64,000 nt of DNA from Octopus bimaculoides (Eukaryota), in assembly GCF_001194135.2 (NCBI RefSeq), contig NC_068984.1:95413130-95477129 (forward strand). Reading direction: 5' to 3'. Shown in pieces: positions 50,632 to 64,000 of this stretch; position 1 is the first letter of the stretch, and every line of letters starts with the position of its first letter. Made by a program: the position numbers and the translations under genes. The notes beneath the pieces were generated by a model, which saw nothing but the letters and a program-made list of their open reading frames with translations, did not search any database and was not told the origin of the DNA.

Positions 50632-51085
50632 GGATCGGGAAACCCTCTCCACACGCTAGACATAGATGCTAAATAGCACTAAAATTCACCTTAAATCTCC
50701 TATAGCACAAGTTGTAGACGAGCAAATGAAAAATAATAAATACAATTTTCCAATTAATTGTGTATCGAAACCAACTTGTGCTATAGTGGCGGCGAGCTGG
50801 CAGAGACGTTAGCACGCTGGCGAAATGCTTAACGGTATTTCGTCTGCCGTTACGTTCTGAGTTCAAATTCTGCCGAAGTCGACTTTGCCTTTCATCCTTT
50901 CGGGGTCGATAAATAAAGTACCAGTTTCGCACTGGGGGTCGATGTAATCGACTTAATCCGTTTGTCTGTCCTTGTTTGTCTCCTCTATGTTTAGCCCCTT
51001 GTGGGCAATAAAGAAATATGAAACCAACTTGTGCTATAGATTTAAGGTGGTCTTTAGTGCCCTTGTGAAGAGGGTTTCCCGATCC
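50632..51085. mobile_element. MITE-like element with ~55-75-bp imperfect TIRs, hosting a SINE
   Basis: ggatcgggaaaccctct...gcactaaa...accttaaatc...tatagcacaagtt is present at both ends in inverted orientation. No TSD seen; adjacent to a gap. Confidence 0.6.
50787..51019 (+). mobile_element. Full-length young tRNA-derived SINE
   Basis: Perfect 20-bp TSD gaaaccaacttgtgctatag at 50767-50786 and 51020-51039. A box tggcagagacgttagc, B box gagttcaaattc, core gcctttcatcctttcggggtcgataaa. Confidence 0.95.
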
Positions 51086-51180
51086 CTTTGATATAGTTAT
51101 GTATATAATAATAATAATATATATATATATGTGTATATATATATATATATATATACAGAAAAATACTTAAAATCCCTACA

Positions 51181-51213
<33 letters not shown>

Positions 51214-52306
51214 CACATAAATATATATACGTACACATATGTATACATAATCATATATATAAATAATACATATATATACACAGAGGTCCGTCATACACAT
51301 ATACACATTTTACACATTTAGAATATATTATGGAGTATGAGAAGAAAACAAAAAATACTCGAGCTATTAACTGATCGATAAAATGAAAATATTTTACTAC
51401 TCGGTATAAAGTAGGCAGAACTGGAGAAAGATCATTTGAGTGAATTCGTAGTTGATGGCAGTGTCTGTTGATGAATGAGAGAACAATGTAAGTGTTGAGC
51501 AACACGTTTAAAATTAAGTCTTTTAGTTTCAAAACTATTTCGGAATATCGCAGTATATACATTTTATTTAACTAAACAGAGAATTAAGGTGTAAAGTTGG
51601 CGATAAATCAAATCTATCTGCAAGGAATTAATTTTTCTTCAACTTTACCTAATATATAGTGTCAATAGCGGTGAGGACATTTGTGTCTTAGGAACACGTG
51701 TTGGAAAATGGAAGACTTTAGGATAGTTTTGTATTATAATTCCTACATTTGGGTTGTTGCATAATAGGAATATATAAACCAATATCAATACTTGACAAGC
51801 ATTTGATTTTATCGACTCTAGGGAATGTTAATGTTTAAACAAAAGATTTATAGAAATAAAGATTATGAAATTTAGGCAGAAAAAATAATAATAGAAGGAA
51901 ATCATTAAATTAATAAAAATAGAAAACACGCACACTCCCTTAAAATATACATCACGCCAGAGAAAACTGGTGTTGGTTTTTAACTACTGGTCAGCCCCGA
52001 TCGAGCAGATTATAACCAAAAATGTTCCAGCCTTGACCATCTCGTCTTTTCTTCGAGATTATATTATCCAGTGTAATGGTAAGGTATATTTTGAGGGAGA
52101 TTTGGCTTGTTTGAACCAGGTCAAGCGATCCCGTACAAGCTATGACCACATCAATAACATATAAGGATTATTTATTACAACATATATCAGGAATTACATT
52201 GAGCTAAATTTATTGACATTTGTCACTAGGACGACATTAGCAACACAAGTGAGCATTTGAAATAGAAACATGACTGAATGGATCGCAGTATATTACTGCT
52301 ACATCC

Positions 52307-52348
<42 letters not shown>

Positions 52349-53110
52349 ACAAGAAATAAACGTGATGGTGTATATATATATAATCTACAAGAAATAAACG
52401 TGATGGTAATGTCAACTAGTATCTAATCTGAATGACACTTAATGACACGCAGTCGTTCGACTTGCTAGAAATAGCAACCAAGTTTCTTTAATTCACAAAA
52501 CGACAATGGAGAATGTAGTCCCCGAGACAGAAAAAACAAAACAAAACAGGGAAAGTCTTGATTGGAACACTTTTGATTACAACTGTTTTAAATGGGCTNN
52601 NNNNNNNNNNNNNNNNNNNNNNNNNNNNNNNNNNNNNNNNNNNNNNNNNNNNNNNNNNNNNNNNNNNNNNNNNNNNNNNNNNNNNNNNNNNNNNNNNNNN
52701 NNNNNNNNNNNNNNNNNNNNNNNNNNNNNNNNNNNNNNNNNNNNNNNNNNNNNNNNNNNNNNNNNNNNNNNNNNNNNNNNNNNNNNNNNNNNNNNNNNNN
52801 NNNNNNNNNNNNNNNNNNNNNNNNNNNNNNNNNNNNNNNNNNNNNNNNNNNNNNNNNNNNNNNNNNNNNNNNNNNNNNNNNNNNNNNNNNNNNNNNNNNN
52901 NNNNNNNNNNNNNNNNNNNNNNNNNNNNNNNNNNNNNNNNNNNNNNNNNNNNNNNNNNNNNNNNNNNNNNNNNNNNNNNNNNNNNNNNNNNNNNNNNNNN
53001 NNNNNNNNNNNNNNNNNNNNNNNNNNNNNNNNNNNNNNNNNNNNNNNNNNNNNNNNNNNNNNNNNNNNNNNNNNNNNNNNNNNNNNNNNNNNNNNNNNNN
53101 NNNNNNNNNN

Positions 53111-53206
<96 letters not shown>

Positions 53207-54930
53207 ATATCTGTCTCGGTGTGTATATATAAGTCGCTAGATAGGACAACAATACAACATAAAATAGTTGACTGTTGACGACAGCTAATTCTATAACGTG
53301 AAATAATATCAATAACGTCAAATCGCGATTGAGATATTCTGCAACATATATTCCCTAATATTTCCACATTTCTTCACAAGAACTGTAGCATTTCTCATAT
53401 ACATACATACAAATATATATACATATATATATATATATGTATGTGTGTGTGTTGTGGGTGTATATATATATATATATATAAATATATATATATAGGGATA
53501 TATTTTGTGGGGGAGGTTCTTGAAGTGAGTTTTAAATAATTTCCAGTATGTAAAATTAAGTATAATAAACTAGAATCTAGTGCTGTATTTGTCGTAGATA
53601 AAACATTGTGAGACAAATAACCATTACAGTTGGTCTATCATTGTGTGCGGAACTACACTAGAGTCACTTCTGTGATAGTGATGGTGGTGGTGGGCGGAAT
53701 GAGATAGTAGGGGTGGTTGTAGTGGTAGTACAGATAATCGTTATTGTGGTGCTGGTGATGATAGCGGTGGTAGTGATGGTGAGAGTTAGCTTCCTAAATC
53801 TCTCTACAGGTCGTTGACGTACTTTTCTAACTGTTGCTACTCTTACTGCAGCTACTTTCACGTTACAACTGTTGGTATTGGTGCTAATGATGATGATAGT
53901 TTTATTGTTTTGCCTAAGGTCAGTTCTGATCAAGAAGACCGATAATCAAAGCTGCTCCAGATGCGACCAACTTGTCTGAACATAGTGTATGACGGAATGA
54001 TTTAACTATCTAATGTGTCCTTCCTTATTTAAAAAATAAGGAAGACAAGTAGGGAAATTTTGGCTGCTATTTTTAAGAGATCAAATAACCATGTTTGGCC
54101 TTTTCAGTGATGGTGGTGATGATGGTTGTAAGTTCCAGTCATCCGTGTGTGGTGTGATCACCTGATCTGACACCGGTAGGCGGAGCTTAAAGGAGGAGTT
54201 GTGAAACGCTGGTCGTTCGATCTGAAGTTTTGACTAATTTGACGTAAACATCATCACGTTAAGGTTATGAGTGTGAGAAAGAGTAAAGGGAGTAGGGCAC
54301 TGAGAATGTGAGAGAAAGATATGTTTATAAAGACAGAGGAAGAAAGTTGGCAGAATTAGTACGACGATGGATACAATTCGTGTGGTATTTAGTTATAGAT
54401 CTTCTCGTTCTGAGTTTCAATGCAGTCGATGTCAATTTCATTTTACATGCTTCGAGTTGGAAATAAAAATAAAAATATAAGTATTTAACTGGTGCCAATA
54501 TAATATTCCTACAAGATATTTTAGTTGCGAATGGAATTCTAGAGAAGAAGCTGAAGAACGATAAAGGTAAACAAAGAAAAGGGGAAAGTGAGGGACGAGA
54601 AAATGAAAGGACAGACGAAAGAAGGAAAAAAAAAAATAAATAAGTGTGAATGGCAGTGAAGAAATATAAGTTGTGAAAGTGAGAAGGTGAAAGGAAACAT
54701 TATAGGTTGACGTGAATTGTGATATTGATGAGTGTGAGAGATAAGAAGGGTGAAAGCTGCTTTTATTCCTTCGGATCTGAATTTAGAAAATCTAATTGCT
54801 TAATAGTAGGGGAAGAACAGTACCCATGATCATTTTCAGGATCTCTGAGACTGGTGAAGGAAAGGATAAAAATATCATCAAACTCGAGTTTAGATGAATG
54901 AATTTAACAGTCCTTGATAAAGATACTTAC

Positions 54931-54995
54931 CGGTCAAATGGTGGTATTAAATAGGATGATTGTTCGGTACTAGTAATACTACATGTTTACACTAA
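54931..54995 (-). promoter_or_regulatory. Putative non-coding first exon / TSS region of lipin
   Basis: Strong donor CCG|GTAAGT at 54930 at the edge of a CpG-retaining domain (about 50-55.4 kb). The lipin ATG exon has an acceptor and so needs an upstream exon. The upstream boundary is a guess. Confidence 0.35.
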
Positions 54996-55429
54996 TATTC
55001 ACTCCTTCACTAAACAAGAACTGTACCTCAGTGAAAAGAAATTCACTTTTATTATCATAAATATGTGTTTATCTTTATGTTAAATGGTTCTGTAAATGTA
55101 GGTTACTGTTGAATGACAGATGGCAGGATATAAGGTAATGTGGAAGCTCCTGTGGGGTTGGACGGCAGAATAAAACAGCAGTCAAATCTCTCTCAACTCA
55201 TCCAACTATTGTTAGAAATACAAAGAAACATTATATGATATCTAGAAGGCTTCAGAATAAATAATGAATAAATAAAAAACAACAAAACAACTTTTGTTTT
55301 TGCTAAATCTGGAAGAAGGAGCAGAGCCCATGATTCTTGCAAGCCCTCCAAGACTAGTGAAATTGGTATCATTAATGTTCCATTTAAGCTATTGCAGATC
55401 AACACGTCCAGGAAAGATATGAGTGGAGA

Positions 55430-56145
55430 GGAGATTCTAGGGGGATAAAAGATTGGGCATAGTGGTTAGTGTAGGGGAAGGGGTTATATGCACTATGGGT
55501 GCTAAAAAGTAGAGAGATGAATGGGTCAGGAGTTGCCTGAATGGTGAAGGTATGAGATCTCCATCTCTAAGGAGCAAGGCCATTATAGTAGCAAGAGAAA
55601 AAAACTCAGAAAGGACAGCACATCTATGTGCCAAAGACTTCAGTGTTTCTGTTAGAGATGGAGTGCCAGTTAGCCTAATGACTTGGATGAAGTCCAAGTT
55701 GTCAAAGTGTGTAGTAGCATCACCATTCTAGATGAAGGAGCAGTATCCATTGCAGGTCCCACTTGAGCATTGTGAAGTGTCAGCAGCTGTTAAGGGTCTG
55801 AAATATCTTCTGGTGCCAAAGAGAAGGGTCAATCCTTGGGGTACAGTACTAGCTATACTAAGGATGTATTTTCACTAGGAAAAATCTTCAGTGATAATGA
55901 GACATAGCATTTGGAACAACTGTTTAAGCTCTAACTGAGACTCACTCATGTTTACAGGGAGTGTGGTGAGGTGGTGTCTTCTTGCTATGAGTAGTGCTTG
56001 AAGTTTTTTTGCTGTTAAAAGAGATAAGGTTTATATGGTCCCACTGAAGGATTCTCTCAAGGTCTCCATTTATGCAATCAATGCAGGTTTGGCATGAGAT
56101 GTTTAGGTCATATATGAATGAAGCATGGCTTGGGAAGGGGTACAA
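55430..56145 (-). mobile_element. CR1/L2-type LINE 3' fragment
   Basis: INGDLERILQW...LISFNSKKT and IRLTGTPSLTETLKSLAHR. Confidence 0.7.
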
Positions 56146-57618
56146 TAGTAGGCATCCATTGGTCTTGAGAGACCATGGATTTTTGCATGGAAAATTTTGT
56201 CAGCTGCTGATGTGGCTGTAGAATCTCACATGAGAGTGGCAATCATGCATACAGTGACTGCATTTGAAGAAGCTCTCTGCTGGTGCTACTAGTTTTTCCT
56301 TTTGCTGAGTGCGCTTTTCTTGGGTGGTAAGTTCCTCTTTCTCTTCCCCTCACTTCATCCCCTTTTGCAGTATTTGTTTCCAGCATGGGTGATCATTTTC
56401 AACCGATCCCATCTCAGAACATCCAGATCTATTGACTTCATATCTCTCTTGCAGATGTCCTTGAAACTAAGATGAGGAGGTTCTCATGCTCTTGTGCTGG
56501 TAGCCGATTCCCCATATAGGAGGCCTTTTGGGATCCTTTCATATGTCATGTAATCTACATGGCCGAGACAGTGCTGCAGGAGCAGGGTGAATATACTGGG
56601 GATCTTGGCACAGTTAAGGACTTTGGTGTTGGTGATGCAGTCGGTCCACTTGATATCCAAGATGTGTTTCAAATTACAAAGGTGAAAGATGTTGAAACAC
56701 TGCTCCTGTCTTGAGTAGAGGCTCCATGTCTCATTGCTGTAGTGTACTGAGGACGCATGCTTTTTAGACTGCAGTCTTGGAGTTTGCAGCCAGTTTTCTG
56801 TTTTCCCAGACTCTCTTTGTGAGCTTGGCAATGTGGAGGATGCTTATCCAATTCACCTGCTGATCTCAGGGTCCAGGGAGAGGTCATCAGAGATGGTAGA
56901 GCTGAGGTAGATGAATTGATGGAGTACCTCCAGCTTGTAGTTGTTGATGGTGATAATGATGGAGGTGCTTGACACCTTGGCCCAGTACATTGGTCTTCTT
57001 TAGACTGATAGTCAGGCTGAATTCCTGACAGGCTTTGTGAGTTTGTCCACAAGATGCTGTGTTTGCTCCTTAGAGTGCAGTCAGTGCTGTGTTGTCTGTG
57101 AACAGTACCTGATGTACCCTGGATTTTATTTTCAACCTCAACAGACTAAACAGTTTACCATCTGATCTGGTGTGAAAGCAGACACCATCAGTTGACGTTC
57201 CAAATGTGTGTTTCAGCATGACTGCAAAGAAGATACCAAACGGTGGGGGTAAGCACACAACCCAGTTTCATGCTGCTACATATTATTTCTTTACTGCCCA
57301 CAAGGACAGACAAACGGATTAAGTAGATTATATTGACCCCAGTGTGTAACTGGTACTTATTTAATCGACCCTGAAAGGATGAAAGGCAAAGTCGACCACA
57401 GCGGAATTTGAACTCAGAACGTAGCGGCCGATGAAATACCACTAAGCATTTTGCCTGGCATGCTAACGCTTCTGCCAGCTCGCTATGTATATTGAATGCC
57501 TCCAAAGAAGAGCCATCAAATTGAATGATGCCTTTCATATCCATGTGAAATGATTGGACAATCCTGAAGAGTCTTGGGGGACAACCAATCTTGGTGAGGA
57601 TTTTGAACAGGCTGGGGG
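56146..57618 (-). mobile_element. Decayed RTE LINE 3' half with a SINE inserted at about 57278-57484
   Basis: KIGCPPRL...FDGSSLEAFNI/SSMKLGCVL is interrupted by a minus-strand SINE. Also ERIPKGLLYGE and a decayed C-terminal CCHH. Confidence 0.85.
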
Positions 57619-58130
57619 TATAAAGTAATTAAGTTTAACAGGAGTACAAGGTAATTAATTTTATTAGGAGGACATGGTAATTAATATTATACTGTACAGA
57701 AGAAAAAGATAGAGTTCAAGGTAATTGACTAAAGTCCTTTGTGAAGTAGTGAAGAAAAGAAAACGGAAGAAGAAAGTTCTGTTGAGTCAGTGTTTATAAT
57801 GAAAGTTGCATGGTTAAATGTATAAGAGAAATAGGTATTGTGGATTAGAGCTTTGCAGCTAAAAGGTTGCTTCTTGGGCAAGGGAGAAAATTTGCAAGGG
57901 CATGTGTATGTTATAAAGTTAAGAGAGAAGGTGTGTGTGTGTGTGTATAGGGAAATGTGTATGCATATATAGGGGATTGTGTGTAGGTGTGAATGTCCTG
58001 CTATGTAAGCAGTGGAAACAAGTTGTAATGGTAAATAGGTGAAAGGTGAGTTGTATGTCTGCATGTGTTCAGTGGATTTATCAGTATATGGGGAAGTCAG
58101 TGGGGAAACAGTTAGTATAGAGAAACAAAT

Positions 58131-61100
58131 TATTATCATCATTTAATGTCTGTTTTCCATGCTGGCATGAGTTGGCTGGATGCTCTTCCACAGAGTATAC
58201 TGTGGTACTGGGCATTTTATACGTGGCACCATCACAGGTGCTTTTTAAGTGACACCAGCACCAGTGCTTTTTCTGTGGCACCAGCACCCACACCAATGCT
58301 TTTTATTTGATACCTTAGTTTTAGGATCTCAACTCTTTTGTGGTTGGTGGAGTTTTCTCAAGTACAGCAATCTTGGACCATATCTTGGTTCTCTGTCGTC
58401 TCCTTCATAAGGTTCAGCATTTTGAGATTAGTCTTCAAAACTACATCCCATGTCTTCCTGTGTCTCCCTCTTCTACAATTCCCTCCACTTTAAGTGATCA
58501 GCACTTCTTTATGCAACTTTCCTCATCCATCTGCATCACATGATGAAACTAATGCAGTCTTCTCTCCTGCACACTGCATGTAATTCCTCTTATGCCCAAC
58601 TTCTTCATTACACCAATGTTCTGTCATACATGCACACTGATATTGCACATCCAGCAGAGCATACCAGCTTCATTTCTCTTTTCAGACTTTGCATGTTCTC
58701 TGCATTCAGGGCCCACATCTCACTACCATGTAGCATCACAGTTTGTACACATACATCATACAATCTTCCCTTCACTTGGAAAGAGAAACCTTTGGTTGCC
58801 AATAGCTCTCTGAACTTTCTCCATCCTATTCTTATTCTAGCAATTGCACTTCTGTACAACCTCCTCCATTGCTAATGAGGTTACCTAGGTAGCAAAAATT
58901 ATCTACAACTTTCAGAGAGCAACCAAGACACTTAAGGAAATCATTTTTCTGAGTATTGGTGGTCTTTATGTCTCCTGTACATCTTCCACATACAAACACT
59001 ACTTTCTCTGGTAATCTTCCATAGCATTCACAGGGTACACCAAATAGAATTTCTGCTTACACCCTTCCTACACATTGATGGGGGAAGGGCCCTGTCTAAT
59101 TTTTTGCTTACTAGGACTTTGATCTTTGCTAAGTTTACTTTAAGACCTTTGATTCCAGGTTCTGTTTCCACACCTGGAATTTTTTTTCTAATTCTGTTAC
59201 AGATTCTGCTATGAAGCCAGAATCAACAAATGCTAAGTAAAATGGTTTGATCTTAGCTAAATACTTCTCTTGCAGTTGCCTATGAAAATAGGATCAGTGG
59301 TGCTTCTTCCTGACACAAAACCGAACTACATTTCATCATGTCTAATTTTGTTCCTAATTAATTGGGCTATAACTCTCCATAACTTTCATCACCTGGTCGA
59401 GCAATTTGATGCCTCTATAATCTAAGGCATCTCCTTTGCCCTTATTGCAGCTGACTATGATGCAGCTGTACCAATCACTAGGGATTACACCTTCCTGAAT
59501 AACCTGATTAACTATACAGGTGACTTGACTGTAACCAACTCTACCAGATATCTTGAGCATCTCGACAGTGACTCCTGATAAACCAGGGGTCTTTTCTGTT
59601 TTCATATCTTTAATTGCCTTATCTATCATGCTGCTGTCAACTAGGGTAACTGATCCCTCTGTTGGGTCCACATGAAGAAGACTCCCTTCCTCCCATTCAT
59701 TCTCCACATTTAATAGTCTCTCATACTAGCTCTTCTACACCTCTTTCATTTCATAGTCAATAAGAGAAAGCATACCATTAACTGTCCACACACACTTCTC
59801 TCCCACATCTTGATTCTCTCTAACGCATTCCTTTCTGCTTTTGCCCTAGCTAGATATACTTGACACCTATCTTTTCTTTTAGTTATCTGATATGATTCTT
59901 TGCTACCCCAACTCTTCCAGTCTTTCCAGGCCTGTCTCTTCTCTTTTATAGCCCTATCTACCTCCCTATTCTACCACCATGAAATCCATGGTCTGGAGGG
60001 AGCTTTGCTTCAACCTCAGATTTGGTCTCCACTCTCAGTAGATTGTTCCATAAGAACCTCCAGTTGTCTTCTATGCCATATGTGTCCATCTTTACCCCCT
60101 TCTCATCAAAGGCTTCATTAAGGACATCTCTAAATTTTTGCCCATTGGAAGGGTCCTTGAGCTCCTAGAACCTCATTTTCCACATTGGTTTGTGTCTCAG
60201 GGTCCTTTGAGCTCTAAGTTTGATGTCACTAACCACTAACTTATGTTGAGTTGTGTATTTTTCACCAGGGAAAGACTTTACATTCACGAGCATAAGCCTG
60301 TCCCTGTTTCTGGTGGGGATGTAGTCAATCTGGCTTGTGTGCCCACCAGACTGATTAATAATCAGATAGCTCACAGATTTCCTGAAGTTGGTGTTGCAAA
60401 CCATTACATCCTTTGCATCACAGAACTCCAGCAGCCTTGTTCCACTCTCATTTCTGGAGCCAACGCCATGGTCTCCATGCATACTGTGGTGCGATGGAGG
60501 AAGAAGACAACAAGAAGCAAAAGGACAGAATGAAGCGTTGGACCTTACCTTGCCGACCGCAGCGGGGTACACGATCGCTCCTAATCAGAACACGTCTTTC
60601 TCGTAACGTCGCTGTTTTCTCACTGGCCCCACGTGCTAGCCTTCGACCGCGTGTCGCCGACGTCCGATCTGACCCTTCCGGTTTGGCCCTTCCGGTCTGG
60701 CTTCACCTCTGTTTGCCTCACCCCTCTCCACCACAACACATAGCTCGTCACAGCCCATAACACCACAGATACCATGGAAACCATCAGAGTATTTTCCAAA
60801 ATCACCATTGAAGTGCCCTGTTATGATGAAAACATCATTGTCTTTCGGTGTCGAGGTAGTCTGCTGAAGGGATTCATAGAAATGGCCCTTATGAATATCT
60901 GCAAGTCTGACATGTGGAGTATATGCAGAGATAAAAGACATTGTTACATTAAGCAAAACTAATCTTAGCTTGATAATCCTATCCCACACCCTGACTACAT
61001 CAATCATCTTATCTACTCATTTCGCTGCCAAAAGAATACCTACACCACCTAAGCCATCATTGTTTCCCACTCAGAAGAACTTGTATCTATGTCTCTTGCT

Positions 61101-61262
61101 CATGAGCAGTCTTGCTGAGGCATCCCTCTATCATATCTCTTGCATGCATCACACATCTACATGCTTCCACTCAAGCATTTCAACAATCTCACCAAACAGC
61201 TCTAAGCCTGTGAACCTGAGAAGTTGTAGGGATGTTTTTCAGCATCTGGAAAAAAGATTTTA
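58131..61262 (-). mobile_element. Near full-length decayed RTE LINE (octopus-type 3' tail) hosting a solo LTR
   Basis: Endonuclease (GDHGVGSRNESGTRLLEFC), RT (KGKGDALDYRGIKLLDQVMK, ARIRIGWRKFRELL) and (GAT)n tail at 58131. Confidence 0.9.
60485..60767. mobile_element. Solo LTR (283 bp)
   Basis: TG...CA ends with a 7-bp inverted terminus tgtggtg/caccaca. 5-bp TSD catac/gatac (4/5). GC- and CpG-rich. Removal restores the RTE peptide GFHGMHG. Confidence 0.8.
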
Positions 61263-61437
61263 GTGGTTTCTTGCCTGAAGGCAATGGGTCATTTGGCTTG
61301 GTGTAAGCAGGTACAGGTACAGATTGCTGCATGAATTACAATTACAATTACAATTTCTTTCAATTCGATAAAGCGTTTGTGGGTATTCAACTATGGGGTG
61401 GGGTGGTTGGTTAGCAGATAAATTAGAAGTTTTCAAT

Positions 61438-61475
<38 letters not shown>

Positions 61476-61499
61476 TATTATTATTGTTATTATCATTAT

Positions 61500-61700
61500 C
61501 AAGGCAGCAAGCTGGCATAATCACTAGCACTCCAGGTGAAATGCTTTGTGGTACTTTGTTTGCATGTTCTGAGTTAAAATTCCACCGAGGTCAACTTTCA
61601 TCTTTTTGGGGTCAATAAATTAAATACCAGTGAAATACTGGGGTCAATATAATTAACTGGTCTCCTCCCCCAAAATTTCAGGCCTCATGCCTTTAGTAGA
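61500..61700 (+). mobile_element. Decayed tRNA-derived SINE between (CAT)n and (TTA)n tracts
   Basis: Aligns to 50787-51019. Confidence 0.8.
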
Positions 61701-61704
61701 AAGG

Positions 61705-61761
<57 letters not shown>

Positions 61762-61771
61762 ATAATAATAT

Positions 61772-62000
61772 AAGGCGGTGAGCTGGCAGAAACGTTAGCA
61801 CGCCGGGCGAAATACTTAGCGGTATTTCGTCTGCCGCTACGTTCTGAGTTCAAATTCCGCTGAGGCCGACTTTGCCTTTCATCCTTTCGGGGTCGATTAA
61901 ATAAGTACTAGTTACGCACTGGGGTCGATATAATCGGCTTAATCTGTTTGTCTGTCCTTGTTTGTCCTCTCTGTGTGTAGCCCCTTGTGGGCAGCAAAGA
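61772..62000 (+). mobile_element. Young tRNA-derived SINE embedded in (TTA)n
   Basis: Highly similar to 50787-51019, with CpGs retained. Confidence 0.93.
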
Positions 62001-63214
62001 TATTATTATTATTATTATTATTATTATTATGATTATTAAGGTAACAATTATTCTTTGGCAATGCAGAAGTAACCACACACACCATAATAATATATACTTC
62101 TGAATCCTCACCAGCATTGCATTGTAGACATATATACATAAACAAACACTCGTACACATAAGTATATACCCATACAGTACACACCTGTAAAACCAGCTCA
62201 CAGTTTGTAAAAATTGTCAAGTGCACTATTTGTATATCTATATACATACACATACACACATACACATGTGCATAAATATATGCCATAGTACTACAGTGGA
62301 TATACATCAGCAAGGTAACAAAGATATATGAACATCAACATGTGTGCATGCACTCAAACCTCCTTGGTTTGAGGTGGCAGTGAGGGGTGAGTGGGAGGGG
62401 AAAATACCAGTTATTAATTCCAGTGGGTGAGCTGTGTGTAGATAGAAGAATAGCTGTTGTTCATGGTGCAAGCATGAAGCAGACGTTCCATGATAATAAT
62501 ATGATCAGAAGAATTAAAGTGAGAAGACACAGATTGAAGTGGTTCTCTGCTGTTATGTTAGAAATTTAAAAGAGCCTCTCTAAACAGTTTGCTAATCTCT
62601 GAATAGTGTCTTCAATCTACAGTAAGCTGTAAAGCTGACCCTTTAATAATGTAAGCAATGTTCTTGGTGGGACAGGTGAAATAGTTAAGTCCATGTAGGG
62701 TGGTAATGTTTTAGATGAACAGACATGCATTGCAGTGGGCATGTGAGAAGGTAAAGAATGTAAACTTGGTTTGGCAAGTTATGAAAGAACTATGAATCAG
62801 GGGTTCATGGAGATTGCAGTTACATGTGAAGAAAGGGAGAGGATATTCAGAAAAAATGTAGAAAGTAATAAGGGAAATGGAAAGTAGTTGGTGGTAGAGT
62901 GGATATGAGACATGAAGATGATAGTACAATCATCATTGCATCCATACTATTAACTGCATCTCCATCCTTATGTCATCAAGTTGGAGTCATGACCACAGTG
63001 ATAGTGAATATGAAGGAATTGTGAATAGGGGTTGGACCCCTTAAATCTGGTACCATATGGTTCAGCACTCTATGGTTTGATATATTTTGAATCTTCCTCC
63101 TGTATTACATTACATTAAAAATAAAAATTCATTCAGAAGCAGTATTAGTTGTATTATTTCCTGTTTTAAGCTTTGTTCTAGCTTTCATAAGACATTAATA
63201 TATATATGACATAG

Positions 63215-63420
63215 GCAGTGAACTGATAGAATTTTTAGCATGCCAGGCAAATTGCTTAGTGGCATTTCGTCCATTTTATGCTCTGTGTTCAAATTCCACC
63301 GAGGTCAACTTTGCCTTTCATCCCCTTCAGGGTTGATAAAATAAGTATCAGTTGAGCCCAAGGGTTGATATAACTGATTTATCCCTCCCCTGAAATTGCT
63401 GGCCTTGTACCAAAATTTGA
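63215..63420 (+). mobile_element. Decayed tRNA-derived SINE
   Basis: Same A/B box and gcctttcatcc...gggttgataaa core. Confidence 0.8.
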
Positions 63421-63694
63421 AATCAATCTATATATGTGACATGAAAGGGTAAGGCAATGTTTATATAAGGGCTTCCCTCAGGGGTCAATTTCTGTTTCCT
63501 TGTATTTTCCAGTGGCCCAGCAATGACCAAGACCTAGAATGGGTCTGTTGAATTGGAGCTGATATAGAACTAAACAAGAATATGGAATTATTTGCTACCA
63601 TAGGTAATATCAAGAAATATGGCATACATGCTATAAGTCAACTTTTGTCAAATTTTTACAAAATGATGAAATGAATATTAATTTTCAAAAGAAA

Positions 63695-64000
63695 TATATT
63701 TTGGTTGAGAACAAAAGTTCAGACTGTTTTTGTAAGTAAAATTCGAACACAATATTTAGATACTCAACATGTTTCCTTTTGTTCCACTACCTTTTGTCAT
63801 CATTGAGGCAGCTTCATGACCCCATCTTCTCAAAACTTGATTTCTTTCTGGACTTGTCTTCATGACTTTTATAGTCTTCCAAAGAATTGAAGTTCTTCCT
63901 ACTGAAAGAATTTTGTAATGATTGAAATAAATGATAGTCCAAAGGTATATATGGTAGGCGTGGTAGGACATCTCAGCCAAGCTACACCAATTTCTGCTGG
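63695..64000 (-). mobile_element. Mariner transposase 3' end, continues beyond the window
   Basis: DYHLFQSLQNSFSRKNFNSLED is the mariner C-terminal DYHLF.SLQN motif, preceded by a decayed LGW..L.HPPY.P. Confidence 0.8.

Noticed and set aside
50787-50875. tRNA gene
   Set aside because: The A and B boxes belong to a TSD-flanked SINE head, and no cloverleaf is evident.
55102-55134. Plus-strand mini-exon encoding MAGYK of a divergent gene
   Set aside because: Weak pyrimidine tract, and no further plus-strand exons were found in 55-64 kb.

Overview
AT-rich, microsatellite- and repeat-laden animal genomic DNA with 8 assembly gaps. The repeat repertoire looks cephalopod/octopus-like, which is an inference. 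The only host gene I can support is lipin (phosphatidate phosphatase, LPIN) on the minus strand. It has five phase-consistent coding exons between 14061 and 3223 (N-LIP domain, polybasic NLS, WxWGxLP and YLD..DPE..YFPK motifs), plus a candidate 15-nt micro-exon at 2155-2169. The catalytic C-LIP exons lie off the left edge. A CpG-retaining zone at about 50-55.4 kb with a strong minus-strand donor at 54930 may hold the lipin promoter and first exon, implying a ~41-kb first intron. The rest is nested, decayed transposable elements: a Gypsy element with two internal insertions, several RTE LINEs, CR1/L2 and Penelope-like remnants, mariner, maT and hAT DNA elements, a solo LTR, tRNA-derived SINEs and long inverted repeats. 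The most unusual signal is a ~3.3-kb cluster (19.1-22.5 kb) of five minimal hammerhead-ribozyme-like motifs from about four different small repeat types. Two of these sit in ~420-bp inverted arms. There is also a TSD-flanked 320-bp element at 46.3 kb with a tandem hammerhead-like topology but a non-canonical core.
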